Virus record (IMG/VR): IMGVR_UViG_3300033463_000003
Direction: 5' to 3' (one strand)
Length of the DNA stretch: 64,000 nucleotides
Source: a virus
Lineage: Duplodnaviria > Heunggongvirae > Uroviricota > Caudoviricetes
Each line of letters starts with the position of its first letter. Positions within the stretch are counted from its first letter, which is position 1. Under the pieces are notes generated by a model. The model did no database searches. It was not told the DNA's origin and saw nothing but the letters and a program-made list of their open reading frames with translations. The position numbers were made by a program, and so were the translations under genes. Of the stretch, positions 1 through 9,170 are shown one piece after another.

Positions 1-3
1 CGA

Positions 4-507
4 ATGAATGAGTGTGGGGTGTTTGGCTCTCAGCTTACTATCGCGCCAGGTGGAATAATTTCAAATTGTCAAATGGCCAATGACTCATATATTCAAGAAT
101 GCCCTGAAAAAGTTATACTTGGTAATATTAAAGATGGTATTACAAATTTAGAGCATTTAGATGAAATGAGGCATTTGGAAGCAAGAAGAATTGAGCCAAA
201 ACAATGTACTAATTGTCCAATTCGCCATGCTTGTTCAGAGTGCCCAATGGAAAACTTAAAAATGCATGGTAACTTACACAAGTCATCTAAAAACTGTGGT
301 TTTATAGTTGCTCAAGCAAGATCACAAAAATATTTTGCTGAAAAAGCTGAAGCAACAGACTATCCATATTATAAGAAAACAATTCAACATATTAAAGAAA
401 CAAATATGTATGACCCAAATTATAGATATTGGTATCAAGATAATTATGAAACTGAGTGGGTAGATAAGTCTAAGTTTGATAATGAAGATAAAACTGATAT
501 TGAATAA
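4..507 (+). CDS. Radical SAM protein, C-terminal SPASM domain (5' end lies outside window)
   Basis: Cys-rich SPASM pattern C...C-x2-C-x5-C-x2-C (CTNCPIRHACSECP) after a 'LGNI' motif; frame open at window start. Confidence 0.7.
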   Translation: MNECGVFGSQLTIAPGGIISNCQMANDSYIQECPEKVILGNIKDGITNLEHLDEMRHLEARRIEPKQCTNCPIRHACSECPMENLKMHGNLHKSSKNCGFIVAQARSQKYFAEKAEATDYPYYKKTIQHIKETNMYDPNYRYWYQDNYETEWVDKSKFDNEDKTDIE

Positions 508-555
508 TTTAATATTTTAATAGCTTAATATTTTAATAAATTAATAAGAAAATGC

Positions 556-563
556 GCTAAATT
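556..563 (+). promoter_or_regulatory. Phage-specific (putative late) promoter motif GCTAAATT, representative of 13 intergenic copies
   Basis: Intergenic copies at 556, 3677, 6323, 12573-12580 (minus), 22377, 24035, 29696, 31987, 54316, 55060, 60498, 62303, 62970; upstream of structural/membrane genes and ncRNAs. Confidence 0.7.
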
Positions 564-608
564 AATTGATAAAAGGACCCCCAAGTTTTTTTGTCAAGGA
601 GGTTTAGT

Positions 609-1136
609 ATGATTCCTAACTGGTTAGCAATAGTGATCGCGGTCGTAGGCTTACTTGGTACAGTTTTAGGTGTATTAGGTATTTCTGGATACATTGGTGA
701 ACGAGCAAAGTATAAAGCCAATAAAGCAAATCGTAAAGAAGAAGCCGAAGAAGAGGCTGTCGAGGCTGCAAAGAAAAAAGAATTACAAGATACAGTTCGT
801 GGTGTTTTTCAAGAAGAAATGAAGCCAATTGAAATAAAGTTAAATAATATTACAGCTGAAATTGCGGATATTAAAAAGGATTTAGCTGATAATACTATTG
901 GAACTGTTACAATGCTTCGTGATAGAATGAAAGCGATTTTAGATGAATGTAGGGATGCTGGTTATGCTTCAACAGGCACAAAAGCAAACTGACATGAACT
1001 CTATGGCACATATAAAAGTTTAGGTGGAAATCACTTTAAAGAATATGTTGATGCTTGGAGGGAAGAATTAGATGAACTTCCAGTCGCAGCTATTAAGAAA
1101 ACAAGAAAAACAACAAAAACTCCTGAAACAAAATAA
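609..1136 (+). CDS. Membrane-anchored coiled-coil protein, holin-like (code 4; TGA 990-992 read as Trp)
   Basis: N-terminal TM helix; reading through TGA gives ANWHELYGTYKSLGGNHF, a Y-x2-LGGN motif common in phage holin-like proteins; ends TAA 1136. Confidence 0.7.
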
Positions 1137-1190
1137 AAGATATATTAAGTAAAAAAATTGGTAGAAATGTGTAGTTTCTATCTTTTTTTA

Positions 1191-1199
1191 TTGTATAAT
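1191..1199 (+). promoter_or_regulatory. Sigma70-type extended -10 promoter (TGTATAAT), representative of many early/middle promoters
   Basis: Same motif upstream of operons at about 4254, 4515, 12613, 14666, 32250, 35821, 46511, 52019 and within the tRNA cluster. Confidence 0.7.
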
Positions 1200-1207
1200 A
1201 TATCGAG

Positions 1208-1582
1208 GTGAAGTATATGAAAACAGAAGAATTTAATAAAGTAGTTGAAGAACAAATTGAAAAAATTAAGTCAGTTTTAATTAAAAAAGCTGATGAATAT
1301 AATTTAGAAGAGGACCGTTTAGGCTTCTTTAAGCGTTCGGCAGCATTTGCTCAGATAACTCCTGAACAAGCTCTCTATGGCTTCCTTTTAAAGCATTTAC
1401 AAAGTATTACAGACATGGTTATGAGTGGTAAGAGTTATTCAGAAGATTTGTGGAGAGAAAAGATCACAGATGCAATGAATTATTTAGTTTTATTACTTGG
1501 TTTATTAGAAGATACTGGTAGAGCAAAAGGAAAACCTGGACCAAAACCAGCTGGTAGAGTTAGACTTTTGGAGAATAAATAA
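1208..1582 (+). CDS. All-alpha nucleotide-modification-associated / DUF1599-like phage protein
   Basis: KK..EY, KH, EKI.D..NY motif pattern. Confidence 0.5.
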   Translation: MKYMKTEEFNKVVEEQIEKIKSVLIKKADEYNLEEDRLGFFKRSAAFAQITPEQALYGFLLKHLQSITDMVMSGKSYSEDLWREKITDAMNYLVLLLGLLEDTGRAKGKPGPKPAGRVRLLENK

Positions 1583-2010
1583 TGTTAAGAGACTACAATT
1601 CACAAGCATTTACACCAGAAGAAGTTGAGGCAGGCTTATTACAAGACCTTCTCAACTATCTTTTAGATCATAATAAAAAAGCTAAAGAACAATACTATGA
1701 TATTCATATTACTTCAGATGGCTATTGCACAATTATTGAGTGGACTGATGTTGATTATGATCAAAAATTTGGGCCAGATGGAAAGTTTGAATTTGTTCCT
1801 TATAATGGTCAAATAATGTTAGAATTTACTTTTCCAGATAATCATACAGAACTTTGTTATAATGAAGAAGACTACCAAGAAAGACTTGAAGAATTCTTAA
1901 AAGAAAATCCAGGTTGGGTAAAAACTTCTTATGGAACTTGGACTAATGATATAGAAAATGAAAAATTTAGAAAAGAACTTGAAGGAGAAGAAAATGAGTC
2001 AAGCAGATAA
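1582..2010 (+). CDS. Hypothetical protein, paralogue of 52809..53153
   Basis: Shared AGL...N.LL, DIHI and GKFEFV...PDN segments. Confidence 0.6.
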   Translation: MLRDYNSQAFTPEEVEAGLLQDLLNYLLDHNKKAKEQYYDIHITSDGYCTIIEWTDVDYDQKFGPDGKFEFVPYNGQIMLEFTFPDNHTELCYNEEDYQERLEEFLKENPGWVKTSYGTWTNDIENEKFRKELEGEENESSR

Positions 2011-2839
2011 ATACTTTATTGAAGAGGCAACTGAACTCTTAACAAATGGATTTAATGATAAAGACTACGAAGTTAGACCTAAATGGCCAGATGGAACTCC
2101 AGCTCACACAATTAAAACTCATTGTGTAGTTCGTAGATATGACTTATCAAAAGAGTTTCCAGCTTTAACTTTAAGAACTCAAGCATTCAAGGGAGTTGTT
2201 AGAGAGCTTTTATGGATGTGGCAAAAGAAGTCAAATGTTGTTGATGAATTAGGTAAATCAGCAGGCATTTGGAGAGCTTGGGAAAGACCTGATGGAACTA
2301 TTGGCAAAACTTATGGTTATCAATTAGGAAAAGTCTCTCATTATTCTTATGGAGATTTAGACCAAGTTGATAATTTAATTTATTTATTAAAGAATAAGCC
2401 AATGGACCGTAGAATGATTGTTACTATGTGGTGCCCAGGTGAGCTTCATGATATGGCTTTACCTCCATGTGTCTATGAAAGCCTTTGGGATGTGACTGAT
2501 GGAAAACTTAATTGTACTCTTATTCAACGTTCAGGTGATGTTTTAGCTGCTGCAAGTTCAGGTGGCTGGGACACAATGGAATATGCAATTTTAGTTCATA
2601 TGTTAGCTCAAGTTTGTGGCTATAAAGTTGGAACACTTGTGCATATTGTTCATAATTTACATATTTATGATAGACATATTGAAGTAGTTAAAAAGGTTAT
2701 GGAAAATCCAGAATATCCTGCACCTACACTTTGGATCAATCCTGAAGTCAAAGATTTTTATAGCTTCACCGAAGAAGATTTTAGATTAGACAACTATCAA
2801 TCAACAAAATTACAAGAAAAGTTTGAAGTTGCAGAATAG
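1994..2839 (+). CDS. thyA: Thymidylate synthase ThyA
   Basis: RYDL..FP.LT, ELLW, YGYQ, MALPPC (catalytic Cys), QRSGD, HIYDRH; ATG at 1994 with RBS. Confidence 0.95.
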   Translation: MSQADKYFIEEATELLTNGFNDKDYEVRPKWPDGTPAHTIKTHCVVRRYDLSKEFPALTLRTQAFKGVVRELLWMWQKKSNVVDELGKSAGIWRAWERPDGTIGKTYGYQLGKVSHYSYGDLDQVDNLIYLLKNKPMDRRMIVTMWCPGELHDMALPPCVYESLWDVTDGKLNCTLIQRSGDVLAAASSGGWDTMEYAILVHMLAQVCGYKVGTLVHIVHNLHIYDRHIEVVKKVMENPEYPAPTLWINPEVKDFYSFTEEDFRLDNYQSTKLQEKFEVAE

Positions 2840-2848
2840 GAAAAATTT

Positions 2849-3661
2849 ATGATAAGCAGTTTATACGAACCATTTAAAAAGTGGAGTGAAAACGGCTCAA
2901 TATATATTATTTCAGACCCACATTTTGGTGATGAAGAAATGAAACACCTACGTAAAGATTATATAGGTGACGATGAACAAGTAAATAGAATTAATAAAAA
3001 AGTTCATAAAAATGATACCATTATAATTCTTGGCGATATAGGTAATATTGAGTACGTTAAAAAGATAAATGGTTATAAAGTTTTAATTTTAGGAAATCAT
3101 GATAAAGGCAAATCTTATTATCAAAGAAAGATTGAACAAGTAAGAGTATTTTGTAGTCATGGAATTACTAAAGAAGAACATCAAATTATAGACTTATATA
3201 CTTCAAATCAATTAACAGGTATTAAAGATGTTGAGATTGAAAAGAAGGCAAAAGAAATCTATGATAAGTATTCTAAACTTGAAACTAGGGATAATCATTT
3301 ATTTGATGAAGTTTATGATGGTAGCTTATTAATAGCAAGTAATATTCTTTTATCACATGAGCCAGTTGACTATCCATTTGCATTAAATTTACACGGACAC
3401 GACCATTCTGGTGTAGAGTTTGTAAATAATGTTTTACAAAAATATGATGCCGATATGTCAATTGAAGATATTGTGCCAAGCTATATTGCTACTATTAAAG
3501 AAAATAAGTTAATGCATATGAATTTATGTACTGAATGGCTTAATTATACACCACTTAATTTAAAAGATTTAATTAAGTCTGGCATCTTAAAACATATACC
3601 AGATATGCATAAAACTTGTATTGAAAAAGCAACCAAAAGAAAACAAAAGCGCAGTGAGTAA
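2849..3661 (+). CDS. Calcineurin-like metallophosphoesterase
   Basis: SDPHFG, LGD, GNHD, SHEP, HGHDH motifs. Confidence 0.85.
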   Translation: MISSLYEPFKKWSENGSIYIISDPHFGDEEMKHLRKDYIGDDEQVNRINKKVHKNDTIIILGDIGNIEYVKKINGYKVLILGNHDKGKSYYQRKIEQVRVFCSHGITKEEHQIIDLYTSNQLTGIKDVEIEKKAKEIYDKYSKLETRDNHLFDEVYDGSLLIASNILLSHEPVDYPFALNLHGHDHSGVEFVNNVLQKYDADMSIEDIVPSYIATIKENKLMHMNLCTEWLNYTPLNLKDLIKSGILKHIPDMHKTCIEKATKRKQKRSE

Positions 3662-3703
3662 ACTGCGTTTTTTATTGCTAAATTAAATAAGTAGGTGAAG
3701 TAA

Positions 3704-3913
3704 ATGGGAAAGAAAATAAAAGAGTTTTTTATTTGTAATTGTGAAAGAATAATGGAAATTTGCTCTTTCTTATTTTTTATTTTCTTAGTTGCTGGTTTTT
3801 GTTGCTGTATTTTTGGAGCTCCAAATATATGGCCAATTATTTGTTTTAGTAGTTCAGTAGCTTCATTTATTTTACTTATGGTAAATGTAGTAATTTTCAC
3901 AAGAATAGATTAG
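3704..3913 (+). CDS. Small two-TM membrane protein
   Basis: Two hydrophobic stretches; RBS and GCTAAATT upstream. Confidence 0.55.
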   Translation: MGKKIKEFFICNCERIMEICSFLFFIFLVAGFCCCIFGAPNIWPIICFSSSVASFILLMVNVVIFTRID

Positions 3914-3980
3914 TACATTTTTAATAGCTTAAAATGAAAGGATTAAACAGTTTTGTTTAATTTTTTATTTGGAGTGTGCT

Positions 3981-4214
3981 ATGGAAAATTTTTATACTTA
4001 TGCTAATTATGAGGATGCTTATTGTCACCAAAGATGAGCTGATTGTAAGAAAATTGGGCTATATCTTTTACTTAAAATTAATGATAAATGGGCTAAAACT
4101 TTATATAAGAGGCTAAGCAAATTTACATGGGATTGGCAGGATTCAGACGAAAAGAAAAAAGAGGATGCCAAACTTTTATTAGATGTAAAAATTTGAATAA
4201 TGATAAATGAATAA
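3981..4214 (+). CDS. Hypothetical 77-aa protein (code 4; TGA at 4035 and 4194)
   Basis: GGAG RBS; frame open only with TGA=Trp; ends TAA. Confidence 0.6.
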
Positions 4215-4267
4215 GATCTTTAAAAAGATCTTTTTATTTTATAAAATATACTGTATAATATAAATGT

Positions 4268-4496
4268 AAAGTTGAGGGCGATGAGGTTCCCTTAAAAATA
4301 ACATCAACTTTATTATGTGAGGATGGCCCAGTGCATAGGGCACGTAAAGTCCAAACATAGATAATTGTTACTAAAAAAATTCTAGATACTATATGCACAT
4401 TTCCAATAATCTGATTGATACCCGACCGGTGAGGGAATTATGACTAGTGTAAAGGGTATGGGAGAGCTAGGTGTACAACTAGTTCTTTTTCTTTTA
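4268..4496 (+). ncRNA. Candidate structured non-coding RNA with own promoter and terminator
   Basis: TATAAT at 4254; stems AAAGTTGA/TCAACTTT, GCCC/GGGC, TACCC/GGGTA; terminator GAGCTAG/CTAGTTC + U-tract; no plausible ORF. Confidence 0.4.
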
Positions 4497-4528
4497 TTTT
4501 ATAATAAATTATTGTATAATATTAAAGT

Positions 4529-4987
4529 ATGAAAAAAACTTGTTTTAATTGTGTACATTTTCATGGTTGTTTAGCTGAGGAAGATCCATCACAATATCAT
4601 ATTCACAATTATTGTGAAAAGTTTAATATGGTTTTACCACATGATTTAGAAAGTGAAGTTAATCGTTTTTTAGAATCAAATTGGAAAACTATGTGTAAAG
4701 CATCTATTGATTGTGATTATGGCGTAAATGATGACTTTGAAACTGGTGAGGCTGGTTGCTGGATGTTTGATGAAGCTAGTAAGCCATTTTGGTCAGATGA
4801 AAAGTTTGAAGAAAATAAAAAACATAATATAGAATTAGCAATAAAAACTTTAGAATATATGTTTGAAAAAGGTGAAGTAATAGATGATTATGAGGGAGAC
4901 ATTTATCTTCTTGATGATTACTATAATGAAGATGAACAGAAATATTTTAGAGATTTATTGATTAAACTAAAAGAGGAGAATAAATAA
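4529..4987 (+). CDS. Hypothetical Cys-containing protein
   Basis: ORF track; first gene after a TATAAT promoter. Confidence 0.6.
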   Translation: MKKTCFNCVHFHGCLAEEDPSQYHIHNYCEKFNMVLPHDLESEVNRFLESNWKTMCKASIDCDYGVNDDFETGEAGCWMFDEASKPFWSDEKFEENKKHNIELAIKTLEYMFEKGEVIDDYEGDIYLLDDYYNEDEQKYFRDLLIKLKEENK

Positions 4988-5184
4988 TGGCAAGGGAATT
5001 AAGTTCAAAAGTCGAGCATTGTCCAAGATGTAGAAAGTTAAAAGCAAAAAATAGTCCTTGTAAATCTTGCGGTTATACTGGATCAAAGTCTGAAGGAGTT
5101 TTTCACAAAGCTTTCACAGTTCAAGGTTTAGATGCAACAAAGCTTACAAGTGTTAGTATTAATGGCGTTACTTTTAAGAGGTAA
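4987..5184 (+). CDS. Small Zn-ribbon protein
   Basis: CPRC...CKSC; TAATG coupling with upstream gene. Confidence 0.55.
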   Translation: MARELSSKVEHCPRCRKLKAKNSPCKSCGYTGSKSEGVFHKAFTVQGLDATKLTSVSINGVTFKR

Positions 5185-5190
5185 TTAAGG

Positions 5191-5466
5191 ATGTGCTTAT
5201 TTAATAATAGAGTATTAAAGGCATATTTACATGACAAGTATGGTATTAAAGTAGCTAGAACAAAAGGTGGCTGCTATAAATATTATACTCTTTCTGATCA
5301 TGGTGATATGTATGGACCTGACTGGGGACCAACACTTGATACAGATGATTATGGTTCAATTTTATCTAGTAGGCTATTTAATAAAATTTCAGATATTATT
5401 GATGTTTTAGATCAAGCTAAAGATTTAAAAAAAGAATTTAGAAAGGGAAAAAAAGATGGCAAATAA
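5191..5466 (+). CDS. Hypothetical protein
   Basis: ORF track, operon spacing. Confidence 0.55.
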   Translation: MCLFNNRVLKAYLHDKYGIKVARTKGGCYKYYTLSDHGDMYGPDWGPTLDTDDYGSILSSRLFNKISDIIDVLDQAKDLKKEFRKGKKDGK

Positions 5467-5731
5467 AACTAAACTTATTACTGCCCATGAAGCTAAGCAA
5501 TTAGCCGATACTACAAATGATGTCATTAAAAGAATAAGTCATGATATTCATTTAGCAGCTTTAAATGGGTCAACAAAAGTATATTGTAATATTCCATTTC
5601 CAAGTAGAAAATTGCTTAAAAATATTGAAAGTACTTTAATTAGAAATGGCTATGATGTAAGCATTCTTCCAAATAGTGAAGATGATGCAAGTTTAGAATA
5701 TGTAGATATTTTAGTTAGCTGGGATAAGTAA
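5456..5731 (+). CDS. Hypothetical protein
   Basis: ORF track, overlapping operon spacing. Confidence 0.55.
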   Translation: MANKTKLITAHEAKQLADTTNDVIKRISHDIHLAALNGSTKVYCNIPFPSRKLLKNIESTLIRNGYDVSILPNSEDDASLEYVDILVSWDK

Positions 5732-5745
5732 TTAAGGAGTAAATT

Positions 5746-6270
5746 ATGGCAATTAAAGTAATTAAACATGGTAAGAAACCAGCACTTAAAAAAGTATGTT
5801 CAGTTTGTGGATGTGAATTTGAATTTGATGTTTCTGATTTACAAGAAGAGTATTGTTTAAATGCTTATCCATCATACAAACGTAGATATATTGTTTGCCC
5901 AGATTGTGGTGAAAAGATTTTTTATGATACTGTATCTGACCCTATAATTTATCCACAACCATATTATCCAACAACCCAACCATTAGAGCCTTGGTGGCCA
6001 AATAAACCATATGTTACTTGGACTTCTACTAAGTCGGCAGATCCATGTAAAGATTGTCCTTATAAAGATGGCTTAAAAGATACTTTAGGTAATCCTGTTG
6101 TTGGCGATAGCCCATGTGATTGGTGCTATAAAAATCCTAATAAATGGACTTGTATAAATACTAATACATCAGATTATAATACAGCAGTTAATTCTACATG
6201 TTCATATAACTCTTCTATTGCTGATTATAAAGCCACAGATTGGACAATTGGCTTAGGCATTAAAAAATAA
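5746..6270 (+). CDS. Zn-finger (CxxC) phage protein
   Basis: CSVC, CPDC, CKDC, CDWC pairs; RBS AAGGAG. Confidence 0.6.
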   Translation: MAIKVIKHGKKPALKKVCSVCGCEFEFDVSDLQEEYCLNAYPSYKRRYIVCPDCGEKIFYDTVSDPIIYPQPYYPTTQPLEPWWPNKPYVTWTSTKSADPCKDCPYKDGLKDTLGNPVVGDSPCDWCYKNPNKWTCINTNTSDYNTAVNSTCSYNSSIADYKATDWTIGLGIKK

Positions 6271-6351
6271 ATTAAAATTAAATAATTAATAGACAGGGGG
6301 TATTCTCTGTCTATTTTTTATTGCTAAATTATTTGATGAAGTGGTGTAAAA

Positions 6352-6627
6352 ATGACTAACGGGCAAGAGTTTAGACGTGATCAAATAGCTAAAAATTATA
6401 CACAGGCAGAATGGAACCAGATGTATAATAAGGCAGGAAAACAGGCTGATGATTTAGTCACAGTTTGAAATATGCTTTATACAGCAACATCCCATGCTGC
6501 AGTTTTATTTTACAATAAAATGTATAATGCAGTAGTGTCTGGTAAAAAGCTATCTGACCCAGAACTTCAGGCCGAGATTGATGCATGGAACCGCAGTCAA
6601 TCTACCACATCATTTGCTAGGGGCTAA
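6352..6627 (+). CDS. Small helical protein (code 4; TGA 6466-6468 = Trp), tandem paralogue of 6639..6890
   Basis: QADDLVTV[TGA]NMLY aligns with QADDLVKLWNTIY of the neighbour. Confidence 0.85.
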
Positions 6628-6638
6628 CATTAAGTATT

Positions 6639-6890
6639 ATGGAACCAGAATTTAGACGTGACCAAATAGCTAAAAATTATACCCAAGAGCAATGGAATCA
6701 GATGTATGAGAACGCTAGCTCTCAAGCTGATGATTTAGTTAAACTCTGGAATACAATTTATAACCAGCCGTCAAATGCTGCAGTTTTGTTCTACAATAAA
6801 ATGTATATGGCCGTAGCTTCAGGTAAAAAATTATCCGACCCTGACCTCCAAGAAGAAATTAGAGCTTGGAATGAGCAGGCGGCAAGGTAG
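6639..6890 (+). CDS. Small helical protein, tandem paralogue of 6352..6627
   Basis: Shares EFRRDQIAKNYTQ and AAVLFYNKMY. Confidence 0.8.
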   Translation: MEPEFRRDQIAKNYTQEQWNQMYENASSQADDLVKLWNTIYNQPSNAAVLFYNKMYMAVASGKKLSDPDLQEEIRAWNEQAAR

Positions 6891-6902
6891 GAGGGCGAGC
6901 AG

Positions 6903-7097
6903 ATGATTACTCCAGTAAATGAACGCTGCTTAGACCTCCGCGGTTTGAGTACAGATAAGAAGCCATTAAAGAAGGATTATAGCTTATTAGGTAATGGTTC
7001 CACCTTCTTAGAAATGGATACAGCCCAACTTTGGATGTATGACGAACAAAATGATCGTTGGTTAAATGTTACAAAGGCTCAATTAGGTATTAAGTAA
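6903..7097 (+). CDS. Small putative virion protein
   Basis: GLSTD.KP...NGS.F.EMDT...YD motif seen in small phage tail-associated proteins. Confidence 0.5.
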   Translation: MITPVNERCLDLRGLSTDKKPLKKDYSLLGNGSTFLEMDTAQLWMYDEQNDRWLNVTKAQLGIK

Positions 7098-7112
7098 TCG
7101 GAGGTTAATTCT

Positions 7113-7592
7113 ATGTTAGATGTAATATCATATGCATTAGCCCGAGGTTACACAAATGCTGCAATTAGTCAAGCTGGCAGCGGCTCTAAAGAAATTGAAG
7201 TTGAGGAAATTTCAGGAGCCGTTCCAAAAGATAAATTAGATGAGCTATTAAAGTCAAATAGAAACATAATTGTATGTAATGGTAGATACTACTGTTTAGC
7301 TCGTATTGAAGGAAATAACTACAAATATATAAACTCAACAACAAATGGTGCAGGCCAAGTTATTAATATGACTGAGCTTGACATTGATAAAAATACTGGT
7401 GATTTCTTCACAAAACAAATTGTATTTGAAGGCTCATCAGTTCAATACTTAGAAGATGCGTTAAACGCACACATTAATGATAATAATGTTCACATTACTG
7501 CAACGGAGCGTAATTACTGAAATAACAAGGTCTCCGCTGAGGCAGAAAGTATTTCAGGTGAACAAGATTATAAATTAAAGTTAAAGCATTAA
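7113..7592 (+). CDS. Putative tail-associated protein (code 4; TGA 7518-7520 = Trp)
   Basis: Read-through gives HITATERNYWNNK, the common H-x3-ER-x2-WN-x-K phage tail motif; ends TAA 7592. Confidence 0.75.
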
Positions 7593-7605
7593 GAAGGAGA
7601 AAAAT

Positions 7606-8880
7606 ATGGCTGACAAACTTTATATTTCACAAATTGCGCTTCCAGATGGTAATACGTATGAGTTAAAGGACTTAGAAGCGCGTGGTCTTATTGCAGACCT
7701 TGCTGCTGGTAGTTTAGCATTTGTTAAATCTACTGCTGCTGCTGATACCCCTTATGGTGTCACATGGAATGATGGTTCATCTGATATTACAGGTACATTA
7801 GTTGCCAGTGCAGACACAAAAGGTAAAATTTATTTAGTTCCAACTACAACTGGTTCTGGTAAAGATATTCATGCTGAATATGTTACTATTGTTTCTGGTG
7901 GAACATCACAAAATCCAACATTTGCTTGGGAAAAACTTGGTGATACTGAAATGGATTTCAGCTCACTTGGTGCCTTAGCATATAAGAATTCTGTTTCTTT
8001 AGCAAAAGGTAGTGGAGACCAAGTTCTTGGTGAATCTACTACATTTACAGCTGCTGCCTCAGCTGTTTCATTCACTGGTGGTTCAAGTGATACATTTGTT
8101 AAATCTTATCCAGGTTCAACAAATAAATTAGCTACAACTTCTATTAAAGGTGTTGGTACTGATATTACATTTAATGCTGTTAGTGCTGATCCAGGCACAG
8201 TTACTGCAACAAATACTGTTTTTGGAACTGATACAACTGCTTCTAAAGTTACTACAACTTCTAAAACAGCTACTAATTTAGTTCTTGATACAGCTACTAC
8301 TGCTTCTAAAGCAACTGCTGGCACAGCAAAAACATTGGCTAAAGCTGCTTCTGCTGCTACCCCAATCAGTTATGTTGGTGATGCAAATACAACATCTATT
8401 TTAAAAACAGCTACAGTTAATGGTGAAGTTTTAAGCTTTGGAACAGCTGCTGTTTCTCAAGGTTCTGTTACAGGAACAAATGGAACAGAATCCATTACAC
8501 CTTATACATTTACCGATGTCACAGTTCCAGTTATTACTTCTAACACTGAAGTTACATTTGATGCTGTTGGTTCTGCTACTGATGTTACAGTTCCAGTTGT
8601 TTCAAGCAATAGTGCTGTTACTGCTGCAGGTCAAATTACACTTGCATCCAAAACTGCTGCTACAAGTGCTGCTAATGCTACAGTTGTTGCTACTGGTAAA
8701 GTAGCTGCTTCTGATGCTAATGGTGATAGTGTTTTAGTTGGGCTTGGCACTGCTACAACTGCTTCTGCTGTTACAGGTATCGGAACTGGTGAAGCTGCTG
8801 CTCAAACAATTACTGTTGGAACAAATGACAAAGTTAAAGTTGCTGTTTATGGCGACCTCTCTGTCAGCGCTAACGACTAG
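7606..8880 (+). CDS. Thr/Ala-rich tail fibre-like structural protein
   Basis: I-x2-I-x-LPDG..Y..KD..AR N-terminus, WEKLG motif, low-complexity T/A/S/V beta-rich body. Confidence 0.6.
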   Translation: MADKLYISQIALPDGNTYELKDLEARGLIADLAAGSLAFVKSTAAADTPYGVTWNDGSSDITGTLVASADTKGKIYLVPTTTGSGKDIHAEYVTIVSGGTSQNPTFAWEKLGDTEMDFSSLGALAYKNSVSLAKGSGDQVLGESTTFTAAASAVSFTGGSSDTFVKSYPGSTNKLATTSIKGVGTDITFNAVSADPGTVTATNTVFGTDTTASKVTTTSKTATNLVLDTATTASKATAGTAKTLAKAASAATPISYVGDANTTSILKTATVNGEVLSFGTAAVSQGSVTGTNGTESITPYTFTDVTVPVITSNTEVTFDAVGSATDVTVPVVSSNSAVTAAGQITLASKTAATSAANATVVATGKVAASDANGDSVLVGLGTATTASAVTGIGTGEAAAQTITVGTNDKVKVAVYGDLSVSAND

Positions 8881-8896
8881 TAAACAAAAACAAAAT

Positions 8897-8924
8897 AAAA
8901 GAACCTCAAATTGAGGTTCTTTTT
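8897..8924. terminator. Bidirectional intrinsic terminator
   Basis: AAAAGAACCTC-AAATT-GAGGTTCTTTT between convergent genes. Confidence 0.8.
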
Positions 8925-8925
8925 A

Positions 8926-9159
8926 TTATAATCTTTTAAATGCTGCTTGATAATATTCTTTGTCTTTAGTTGGCAGAGCTTCAAAAGCTTCAAGTCAACC
9001 GGCTCCAAAATCTATTATTTCATAGATTAAGTCGTGATCAATTTCATCACGAAGTCTGTCTGTATTATCTGGGTCATCGCGAAGAATTTCTAGTGAGCGT
9101 TGATAATTTGCAGCAGTTCAATTTTCTATTTGTTGTAATTCTTTAATTTCATCTAACAT
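8926..9159 (-). CDS. Hypothetical 77-aa protein (code 4; TGA at 9118-9120 and 8995-8997)
   Basis: GAGG RBS; frame open only with TGA=Trp; ends TAA at the terminator. Confidence 0.65.
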
Positions 9160-9170
9160 AATTTACCTCG

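Noticed and set aside
4274-4340. Fluoride (crcB) riboswitch suggested by GGGCGATGAGGTTCCC
   Set aside because: The 3' pseudoknot partner and TAATGA motif are missing, and there is no relevant downstream gene.
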